Shown here: positions 56,984 through 64,000 of the stretch, piece after piece
How the letters are laid out: every line of letters begins with the position of its first letter
Numbering within the stretch: the stretch's first letter is position 1
Source of the DNA: an uncultured Verrucomicrobiota bacterium
GTDB lineage: Bacteria; Verrucomicrobiota; Verrucomicrobiia; Limisphaerales; UBA8199
Reading direction: 5' to 3'
DNA: 64,000 bases
Assembly (NCBI GenBank): GCA_903873945.1
Contig: CAIQQM010000227.1
Coordinates: 781 to 64,780 of the forward strand
Made by a program: the position numbers and the translations under genes
Notes under the pieces: model-generated
Databases searched by the model: none
What the model was told of the DNA's origin: nothing
Seen by the model: the letters and a program-made list of their open reading frames with translations, nothing else

Positions 56984-57172
56984 ATGTTGCGATTGGCAGG
57001 CTTTGCAGCCGTATTGTCGCTCGGCGCCGGATGCAGCGGCGTCAATGCGTCTCAGAACGTTTCGCCAGCATCATTCTTCCTGCCGGGGCTGCTGCAAACC
57101 GATCCTCCGCCCGCTTATACGAACAGCTTTCTGCTAGCCGACGAGCCGATCAAAGAGCGCGCTCAATTTTGA
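56984..57172 (+). CDS. Small putative lipoprotein (62 aa) immediately upstream of the radical-SAM block
   Basis: MLRLAGFAAVLSLGAGCSG (signal peptide plus lipobox LGAGC). It ends 11 nt before the HpnH-like start. Short, with no homology evidence. Confidence 0.4.
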   Translation: MLRLAGFAAVLSLGAGCSGVNASQNVSPASFFLPGLLQTDPPPAYTNSFLLADEPIKERAQF

Positions 57173-57182
57173 GATTCAGGTT

Positions 57183-58607
57183 ATGCGATTCCCACTCGCC
57201 CTGACGGCGAAAATCGCCCGTCACATCATCAAGCACAAACTGCGGCGCACGCCAAGGTTCGCGCTGGTGTTGCAGCTCGAGCCCCTGCATACCTGCAATC
57301 TAACCTGTACCGGCTGCGGTCGCATCCGCGAATACTCCACCAGCCTCAAGGACATGATGACCCTTGAGGATTGCCTGACTTCCGCGCAGGAATGCGAGGC
57401 GCCCATGGTCTCGATTTGCGGAGGAGAGCCCCTCATCTATCCCGAGATCGAAGAACTTGTGCGCGGACTTCTCGGCCAGGGGCGCATCGTGTACATTTGC
57501 ACGAACGGCGTGTTTATGCGGAGGAAGCTCAAGGACTATCTGGCGGGCAGCTATTCGCGTTCCCTGGAGCCCACGCTAGCAAAACTATTGGCAGAGAAAC
57601 TGATTTCCGAAAAGGACGCAGAAACAATCCGGAAAGGCAAATCAGACGGCCGGCCGACCATCAAGCCCACAAAGTGGCTTTACTGGAATATTCATGTTGA
57701 TGGTTTGGAAAACACGCACGATTTGATCGTTGAACGTGAAGGTGTGTTCAAGGAATGCGTTGAGGCGGTTCGGATGGCGAAGATCCTCGGCTATCAGGTC
57801 GCCACCAACACAACCGTTTATCGGGAAACGGACGTGAGAGAAATCGAGCAGATGTTTGAATTCTTCTCCGCGCTTGAAGTGGACGGCCACACCATCTCGC
57901 CGGGCTACGATTACGACGCCGCAAAGCGGGATATGGCCGGGCGGCTGGGCCGAAAACCGGAAGACTTTTTTCTCACTCGCGCCATGACGCGCGAAAAGTT
58001 CGCGAAGATCCAGGAGTGGGGCGAGCGGTTCACGATTTTCGGCACACCGGTTTACCATGAATTTCTGGCGGGCAAACGCGAACTAACGTGCACGGCATGG
58101 GCAATTCCGACCCGCAACATCAAGGGCTGGAAAGCGCCGTGTTATCTGATGACGGACGGCCATTATGCGGGCTATCAGGAGATGCTAGACCGGGCAGATT
58201 GGGAAAAGTACGGCGTAGTGGACGGGGTGATTCGTGACCCGCGCTGCGAGAATTGCATGGTCCACTGCGGCTACGACCCGAGCGGAGCCCTCGGCACCAA
58301 TTATCAACGGGGCGATAACTGGAAGAACATCAAGTACAACTTCGGGTCCCGGCCCAAGCCATGTTTGAACGGTCACAAGGTTAATGCGTTTAACGGATTT
58401 TCCATCGGCAAGGAGCACCTTTCCGAAACCAAGGCCGCCAGCAGCAACAGGAACGCTCCCAAGGCGATGTTCCAGCACGAAGGAAACAACGGCAACGACG
58501 GCGACCTGTGCGGGAATGGCGATTCCGCGCGGCGGGATGAACTGCCGGTGAAGATCCGCGACGCGAACAAGATCCGGGCAAACCAGAGTGGCGCCTCGCT
58601 GCCGTAA
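57183..58607 (+). CDS. hpnH: Radical SAM enzyme, HpnH-like (adenosyl-hopene transferase family, DUF3463-type C-terminal domain)
   Basis: LQLEPLHTCNLTCTGCGRI (CxxxCxxC), SICGGEPL, VYICTNG, HVDGLENTHD. C-terminal CTAW...WKAPCYLM...CENCMVHCGYDPS. Collinear with my recollection of alphaproteobacterial HpnH, apart from a ~40-aa insertion at residues ~121-163. Confidence 0.75.
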   Translation: MRFPLALTAKIARHIIKHKLRRTPRFALVLQLEPLHTCNLTCTGCGRIREYSTSLKDMMTLEDCLTSAQECEAPMVSICGGEPLIYPEIEELVRGLLGQGRIVYICTNGVFMRRKLKDYLAGSYSRSLEPTLAKLLAEKLISEKDAETIRKGKSDGRPTIKPTKWLYWNIHVDGLENTHDLIVEREGVFKECVEAVRMAKILGYQVATNTTVYRETDVREIEQMFEFFSALEVDGHTISPGYDYDAAKRDMAGRLGRKPEDFFLTRAMTREKFAKIQEWGERFTIFGTPVYHEFLAGKRELTCTAWAIPTRNIKGWKAPCYLMTDGHYAGYQEMLDRADWEKYGVVDGVIRDPRCENCMVHCGYDPSGALGTNYQRGDNWKNIKYNFGSRPKPCLNGHKVNAFNGFSIGKEHLSETKAASSNRNAPKAMFQHEGNNGNDGDLCGNGDSARRDELPVKIRDANKIRANQSGASLP

Positions 58608-58626
58608 GATCGGACATCTGAAAACC

Positions 58627-60075
58627 ATGAAAACGCTTTTTCTTTCCCCACCGAGTTTCGACGGCTTCGACGGCGGCGCGGGTTCCCGCTATCAGGCACG
58701 GCGCGAAGTCACAAGTTACTGGTATCCGACATGGCTGGCCCAACCGGCGGCATTGGTGCCGGGCGCAAAGCTGCTCGACTGCCCACCGCACAATATCGAT
58801 ATCAAGCAATGCCTGGAGGCGGCCAAAGGCTACGACCACGTCATCCTTCACACGTCCACTCCGTCGCTAAAGAATGATTGCAAGGTTGCCGAAGCCATCA
58901 AACAAAACCGGCCGGAGACGATCATCGGCTTCGTGGGCGCACACGCCGCGGTGCTGCCAGCGGAAACGCTGAAGGCTTCCCGGGCCATCGACTGGGTCGG
59001 CCGCAAGGAATTCGATTTCACCTGCAAGGAAGTGGCAGAGGGAATGCCGCTCGACTCGGTTGCCGGGCTTTCTTACCGCGACAAAGACGGCAAGATCAGG
59101 CACAACGCCGAGCGGGAGATGATTCAGAACATGGACTCGCTTCCGTGGGTGGCGGACGTTTACAAACGCGATCTTGAAATCGAAAAATATTTCATCGGAT
59201 ACCTGCTGCACCCCTACGTGAGCCTTTATACCGGGCGTGGTTGCCCGGCCCAATGCACCTTCTGCCTCTGGCCGCAGACAATCGGCGGGCACAAGTACCG
59301 GGTCCGCTCGCCGCAAAACGTCGCGGATGAAATGGCCTACATGAAGAAGCTCTTCCCGCAGGTCAAAGAGTTCTTCTTCGACGATGACACGTTCACTGCG
59401 AATCTGCCGCGCGCGAGAGAGATTGCGAAGAAACTCGCGCCGCTCGGCCTCATCTGGAGCTGTAACAGCCGCGCGAATCTCGACTACGACACTATCAAGT
59501 CTTTCAAAGACTCAGGGCTTCGCCTGTTCCTGGTCGGCTATGAAACCGGCAACGAAGACATTCTCACGCGGATCAAGAAAGGGGTTACGTTGGACGAGAT
59601 GCGGCGCTTCACGAAAGCCTGCCACCAGGCCGGGGTGGTCATCCACGGCACGTTCATCCTCGGCCTGCCGGTGGAGACACCGGAAACCGTCGAGAACACC
59701 ATTCGATTTGCGCAGGAACTGGACGTCTTCAGCCTCCAGGTTTCACTCGCCGCGCCCTATCCCGGAACCGAGCTGTTTGACATGGCCCGTCAGAACGGCT
59801 GGTTCGTCAAAAAGGACAAGACCGATTTAGTGGAGGAGGACGGTTACCAGCAAAGCGCGCTCGAATATCCCGGAATGAGCAAGGAAGCCATCTTTGATGC
59901 GGTGGACCGCTTTTACCGCGCCTACTATCTTCGCCCAAAACCAATTCTCCGCATCATCAAGACAATGCTCGAGGACAAAGACGTCTTCGTGCGGCGCTGC
60001 CGCGAAGGGTATGAATTCTTCAAAAGTCTTCGGCAGCGCAAAGAGGACCTCGCCGCCGCAAGGGCGGCGGGTTAA
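58627..60075 (+). CDS. hpnJ: B12-binding-domain radical SAM enzyme, HpnJ-like
   Basis: The internal ATG at 58627 gives MKTLFLSPPSFDGFDGGAGSRYQARREVTSYWYPTWLAQPAA. YTGRGCPAQCTFCLWPQT (CxxxCxxC), VKEFFFDDDTFT, IHGTFILGLP, LQVSLAAPYPGT. All match my recollection of HpnJ closely. Confidence 0.8.
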   Translation: MKTLFLSPPSFDGFDGGAGSRYQARREVTSYWYPTWLAQPAALVPGAKLLDCPPHNIDIKQCLEAAKGYDHVILHTSTPSLKNDCKVAEAIKQNRPETIIGFVGAHAAVLPAETLKASRAIDWVGRKEFDFTCKEVAEGMPLDSVAGLSYRDKDGKIRHNAEREMIQNMDSLPWVADVYKRDLEIEKYFIGYLLHPYVSLYTGRGCPAQCTFCLWPQTIGGHKYRVRSPQNVADEMAYMKKLFPQVKEFFFDDDTFTANLPRAREIAKKLAPLGLIWSCNSRANLDYDTIKSFKDSGLRLFLVGYETGNEDILTRIKKGVTLDEMRRFTKACHQAGVVIHGTFILGLPVETPETVENTIRFAQELDVFSLQVSLAAPYPGTELFDMARQNGWFVKKDKTDLVEEDGYQQSALEYPGMSKEAIFDAVDRFYRAYYLRPKPILRIIKTMLEDKDVFVRRCREGYEFFKSLRQRKEDLAAARAAG

Positions 60076-60243
60076 GTCCGTGGAGCTGACTTTTACGACT
60101 GCCGGATCGCGTTCGGGGACAGAGAGGGGGTTTGCGAACGCAGGCTGGCAACAATCCGTCATCCCCGGCAGGAGGCGTTGCTTGTTGAAGAAAGAATTGC
60201 TAGGCCCGCGGCTTTCCCGGAAGAATGCACAAGTTTTGTTTGC

Positions 60244-61416
60244 ATGAGCACAGAGATCACAGGCCCGGTTGCGCCTCCACCGACCGCCATAGCTGCGGTG
60301 GATTTTTCGCGGCCAGTCGCCCGGCCTAAGGCCCGCGTTTCCACATTGATGCGCGAGGTGCTCAAGCATGGCGGACCCGGCTATCTCCAATTCGCCATCA
60401 CGAACATTTGCAACGCGAAGTGCGATTTCTGCGGATTCGCCGCAGACCGGTTTGATCCAAAAATGCGGTATAGCGTCACGCTTCAAGAAGCGCGTGACGT
60501 GATTGATATTTGCGTCAAGAACCACATTGGCTACCTGCTGTTTGTGGGCGGCGAGCCGCTGGTGCACAAAGACCTGCGCGCCATGACGCGATATGCCGCA
60601 GAGCGCGGCATTCATCCGATGGTCTGCACGAACGGCTCGCTCTGGACGGAGCGGAACATGCGAGACCTGGCCAGCGATGGGCTGAGCAGCGTGATCATGT
60701 CCATCGACGCGCATGATGTGGCGAAGCATGAGAAGAACCGCGGGTTGCCGGACGTGTGCCGCAAGATCAAACGCGCGAACGAAGTTTTCCAGGAACTCGG
60801 CGTCCAAACCACCGCGAGCGTCACGGCCAGCAAGCTGGTTGAGGACTACGACAAGCTGCCGGCGTTCCTGGGCGGGCTTGGTTTCAAGAGTTGCACGTTC
60901 AGCTATCCGCTCAGCAGCTTGGCTTCAAGCTACTTGAGTTTTAGTGATTCGAGCCTGGTCAGCTACAAGACCGAGGAACTCATTCAGGTTTTCGAGGAGA
61001 TCAAACTGATGAAAGAACGCAGCGGGTTTCCGGTGGTGAACCCGAAGGAATCGCTCGTGGAGATGCAGCGTCATCTGCGGAAGCAACCCGAGAAATTCGG
61101 TTGTTTGGGCGGGCACAAGTATTTTTACCTGGACTGGAAGCTTGACCTGTATCGCTGCCACTTTTGGGAGAAGCCGATGTGCAATATTTACGAGTTCAAC
61201 GAATCCAAACTCATTCGGGATGGTTGCACGCGTTGCATGATTGATTGTTACCGCGATCCCAGTGTGTTGCAGTTCGCGGCCATCAGCGTGAGCGATGCGT
61301 GGCATAATCTTAAGCGGGGCAGACTTCTCGCGGCCGCCAAGAACATCTTTGATTTCCGAAACCTGACCTCCCTGAAGGCCGTGTGGGAAGATCGCAAATG
61401 GATAGGCGAGGTTTAG
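60244..61416 (+). CDS. Radical SAM enzyme of unassigned subfamily with an HpnH-like C-terminal Cys motif
   Basis: The internal ATG at 60244. FAITNICNAKCDFCGF (CxxxCxxC), LLFVGGEPL, VCTNG. C-terminal GC-x17-C-x8-C ... CTRCMIDCYRDPS parallels the CENCMVHCGYDPS of the HpnH-like protein. Confidence 0.75.
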   Translation: MSTEITGPVAPPPTAIAAVDFSRPVARPKARVSTLMREVLKHGGPGYLQFAITNICNAKCDFCGFAADRFDPKMRYSVTLQEARDVIDICVKNHIGYLLFVGGEPLVHKDLRAMTRYAAERGIHPMVCTNGSLWTERNMRDLASDGLSSVIMSIDAHDVAKHEKNRGLPDVCRKIKRANEVFQELGVQTTASVTASKLVEDYDKLPAFLGGLGFKSCTFSYPLSSLASSYLSFSDSSLVSYKTEELIQVFEEIKLMKERSGFPVVNPKESLVEMQRHLRKQPEKFGCLGGHKYFYLDWKLDLYRCHFWEKPMCNIYEFNESKLIRDGCTRCMIDCYRDPSVLQFAAISVSDAWHNLKRGRLLAAAKNIFDFRNLTSLKAVWEDRKWIGEV

Positions 61417-61518
61417 GGTTCCCCGCACGATTCGGGGCGATCGTCACTTTCCGGCAGTTTCGGCGCTGAAATTCGCCCTTGTCATCGAGGTTGTGGATGG
61501 TAGTATCCTCACCCTTTT

Positions 61519-61761
61519 ATGAAAGAGAAGATACATCCGAAATATGTGGATGCGGAAATACGTTGCGCGTGCGGCAACGTCATCAAGACCCGTTCCACGA
61601 AGCCGGTGATTATCGTGGGTATTTGCAACTCGTGCCACCCCTTCTACACTGGCCAGCAGAAATTTGTGGACACGGCAGGGCGCGTCGATAAATTCCAGCA
61701 GCGCATGGTGAAGACCCAGGCAGCACAGGCCGCCGCTGCCACGAGAAAGAAAAAGAAGTAG
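61519..61761 (+). CDS. rpmE: 50S ribosomal protein L31
   Basis: MKEKIHPKY...CACGN...[13 protein letters not shown]. 80 aa, Zn-binding type A. Confidence 0.95.
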   Translation: MKEKIHPKYVDAEIRCACGNVIKTRSTKPVIIVGICNSCHPFYTGQQKFVDTAGRVDKFQQRMVKTQAAQAAAATRKKKK

Positions 61762-61778
61762 CACTTTCCTTCATGCTT

Positions 61779-61817
61779 CGCCCGCAGGGTTTTTGACTCT
61801 GCGGGCGGGTTGTTTTC
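61779..61817 (+). terminator. Rho-independent terminator/attenuator hairpin between rpmE and prfA
   Basis: A perfect 9-bp stem CGCCCGCAG / CTGCGGGCG with an 11-nt loop, followed by GGTTGTTTTC. It ends ~6 nt before the prfA ATG. Confidence 0.55.
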
Positions 61818-61822
61818 ACGAC

Positions 61823-62902
61823 ATGGATTTTCGTCCCCAAATCGAGAAGTTTTCCCGGCGTTTTGCCGAAGTTGAAGCGATTCTGAGCGACCCAAAAGCA
61901 TTCGACAACGCGCAACGCGCCCAAGAGTTGTCAAAGGAGTACGCCCGGCTTAAAGACCTGGTAGCGCACGGTCAGGCTTACCTCAAGACGATGACCGACC
62001 TGAGCCAAAACCGCGCCTTGCTGCAAACCGAAGCGGACGGTTCCGAGTTGAGCCAGATGGCCAAGGAAGAAATCACGCGTCTTGAGGGGGAAGAGAAGCG
62101 GCTGGCGCAGGAGATTTACCGCGGCATTCTGCCGCCGGACCCCGCGGACTCCCGCAACACGATTATAGAAATTCGCGCAGGCGCCGGAGGCCAGGAATCC
62201 GCCTTGTTCGCAGCCGACCTGTACCGAATGTATACGCGTTATGCGGAAAGCCGCGGCTGGAAGTTTGAGAATCTTGATTCCAGCCCTTCCGACCTGGGCG
62301 GTTACAAGGAAATCATTTTCCAGATCACGGGCACAGACGTATACAAGCGGCTCAAGTACGAAAGCGGCGTGCACCGTGTGCAACGGGTGCCGGCAACGGA
62401 AGCACAGGGGCGCATCCACACGAGCACTTGCACGGTAGCCGTGCTGCCAGAAGCCCAAGAAGTGGACGTGGAACTCAAGCCGGAAGAAATGGAGATTACG
62501 GTTTGCCGCGCTTCAGGTCCGGGCGGGCAAGGGGTCAACACGACAGATTCCGCGGTACAGATTGTGCATAAACCGACGGGTTTGATCGTGCGTTGCGCAG
62601 ACCAGCGTTCGCAACAAAAGAACAAGGCGCGAGCGTTGACAGTGTTACGCACGCGTCTGCTCGAACGGAAGGTCGCCGAAGAAAACGCGAAGTACGCGGC
62701 CCAGCGGAAGGCGCAGGTGGGAACCGGCGAGCGTAATGAACGCATCCGTACGTACAATTTCCCACAGAACCGAATCAGCGACCACCGCATCGAACTAACT
62801 CTTTACAGCTTACCTTTTGTGATGGAAGGGGCGATCGATCCCGTTATCGAGCCGCTCATGGCCCACGATCTGGAGGAACGGCTCGCTGCGCTAAAGCTCT
62901 AA
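61823..62902 (+). CDS. prfA: Peptide chain release factor 1
   Basis: The internal ATG at 61823. PAT tripeptide (RVPATEAQGRIHTS), GGQ motif (SGPGGQGVNTTDSAV). Confidence 0.95.
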   Translation: MDFRPQIEKFSRRFAEVEAILSDPKAFDNAQRAQELSKEYARLKDLVAHGQAYLKTMTDLSQNRALLQTEADGSELSQMAKEEITRLEGEEKRLAQEIYRGILPPDPADSRNTIIEIRAGAGGQESALFAADLYRMYTRYAESRGWKFENLDSSPSDLGGYKEIIFQITGTDVYKRLKYESGVHRVQRVPATEAQGRIHTSTCTVAVLPEAQEVDVELKPEEMEITVCRASGPGGQGVNTTDSAVQIVHKPTGLIVRCADQRSQQKNKARALTVLRTRLLERKVAEENAKYAAQRKAQVGTGERNERIRTYNFPQNRISDHRIELTLYSLPFVMEGAIDPVIEPLMAHDLEERLAALKL

Positions 62903-62977
62903 ACCCGTTTCATGCCGCAAGCGAGCAAGTAAACACCCCATTACAATCCCGGCCTGAAACACCCCCGACTTTTTCTC

Positions 62978-63565
62978 ATGGCACCATCAGGAAACAACCA
63001 TCGATTTGACCCTCAAGGGATCATTTTTGATTGCGATGGCACGCTGGCCGATACGATGCCGCTGCATTGGCGGGCATGGCAGGCAGTGGCGGCACGGCAT
63101 ACATTTCAGTTTACTGAAGACCGTTTTTATTCACTTGGCGGCGTCCCGGCCCGGGACATTTTGCGAATATTGAGCGTGGAACAGGGACTGGGGTTCGATC
63201 CCCTTGCCGTTGCGAGAGAAAAAGAGGTGGAATATCTTCCGCTCATAGCGCAAGTGGAGCCGATCAATGCGGTTGTTGGGGTGGCGCGGGAAAATTATGG
63301 AAAGATTCCACTCGCAGTGGCTTCAGGCGGCACAAGGAAAGGGATTGAACAGGTACTTGACCATCTGGGCATAAGGAATCTGTTCGCCGCAATCGTCACC
63401 AGCGAAGACGTGATAAGACAGAAGCCGGCACCAGACATTTTCCTTGAGGCCGCGCGTCGCATCGGTGTGCCAGCGCAGTTCTGCCGCGCCTACGAAGATA
63501 CGGATTTAGGGATACAAGCCATCCGCGCGGCGGGGATGGACGCGGTGGATGTGAGAGACCTGTAA
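62978..63565 (+). CDS. HAD-superfamily hydrolase (beta-phosphoglucomutase-like subfamily IA)
   Basis: IIFDCDGTLADT (DxDGT motif I), VASGG (motif II region), AYEDTDLGIQAIRAAGM (motif IV). Confidence 0.8.
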   Translation: MAPSGNNHRFDPQGIIFDCDGTLADTMPLHWRAWQAVAARHTFQFTEDRFYSLGGVPARDILRILSVEQGLGFDPLAVAREKEVEYLPLIAQVEPINAVVGVARENYGKIPLAVASGGTRKGIEQVLDHLGIRNLFAAIVTSEDVIRQKPAPDIFLEAARRIGVPAQFCRAYEDTDLGIQAIRAAGMDAVDVRDL

Positions 63566-63729
63566 CGGGCCAAGCAGGGGGTAAAAACGCTAGGCTCGCG
63601 ACCGCATAGCGAAACTCACTTTCAGCAATCTTTCCACAACAAAACAAAAGGCAGAAGACAGGCCATTGCCAAAAATAAACTTCCAGCCTGTGGAGCGCGT
63701 GCTCTATCTTGCCGCAGCGATTGTCAGGT

Positions 63730-64000
63730 TCATGACCGCCCCAACTTCTTTGATTTTTCCGCAGCAGCGCGCACGGCGCTGATCACGGTTCCGCGAACCT
63801 TGCCCTTCTCCAGTTCATGGAGACCTTCGATAGTGGTGCCGCCGGGGCTGGCAACCATGTCTTTGAGCGCACCGGGGTGCATGCCTGTGCTCAGAACCAT
63901 CTTCGCGCCGCCAAGAACGGATTGCGCAGCAAGTTTTGTCGCCAGCTCGCGCGACAATCCCACTGCGACACCACCATCACTCAAAGCCTCGATGAAGAGA
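63730..64000 (-). CDS. proC: Pyrroline-5-carboxylate reductase, C-terminal part (5' end beyond the window)
   Basis: ...[20 protein letters not shown]...[28 protein letters not shown] is the P5CR dimerisation-domain signature. The frame stays open to the window edge. Confidence 0.85.
   Translation of the reverse strand, partial: LFIEALSDGGVAVGLSRELATKLAAQSVLGGAKMVLSTGMHPGALKDMVASPGGTTIEGLHELEKGKVRGTVISAVRAAAEKSKKLGRS

Overview
High-GC (about 58-60% by eye) bacterial chromosomal window. It is densely coding, with no rRNA, CRISPR array, transposase, integrase or phage gene that I can recognise. Gene content suggests a Verrucomicrobiota/PVC-type organism: TMTC-like TPR glycosyltransferases, a TIGR04073-like protein, zinc-ribbon membrane proteins and heptamer microsatellites. 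That taxon is a guess. All calls come from motif recognition in the supplied translations and hand inspection of the DNA; no search was run.

Housekeeping genes recognised: thrS, infA, ffh, tRNA-Tyr(GTA), tRNA-Gly(GCC), nrdR, yhbY, ferritin, yebC-like, ispE, rpmE, prfA, and proC (partial at the 3' edge).

Accessory content worth attention:
1. An envelope glycosylation island (8.6-21.8 kb). It holds two polyprenyl-phosphate-sugar-synthase-like GT2 enzymes, a YfhO-type GT-C protein, another polytopic membrane protein, three SDR enzymes, a GMC flavoprotein and a secreted beta-propeller.
2. Three paralogous TMTC-like (PMT_2-type membrane domain + TPR) proteins. Their variable loops are built from heptanucleotide microsatellites.
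3. A CsgG-like/DUF4810/DUF799 lipoprotein operon. A low-GC lipoprotein cassette bracketed by ~52-nt direct repeats sits at its 3' end.
4. An HpnN-like MMPL transporter followed by a WP[FL][FY]-repeat secreted protein.
5. A co-oriented block of a small lipoprotein plus three radical-SAM enzymes: HpnH-like, HpnJ-like, and a third uncharacterised enzyme that shares the HpnH C-terminal Cys motif. No other hopanoid genes are in the window. I consider this block the best candidate for an undescribed pathway.

Smaller oddities: infA has no stop codon at the canonical position, a truncated duplicate of a GT2 N-terminus is present, and there is an HTH-EIIA(Ntr) fusion.
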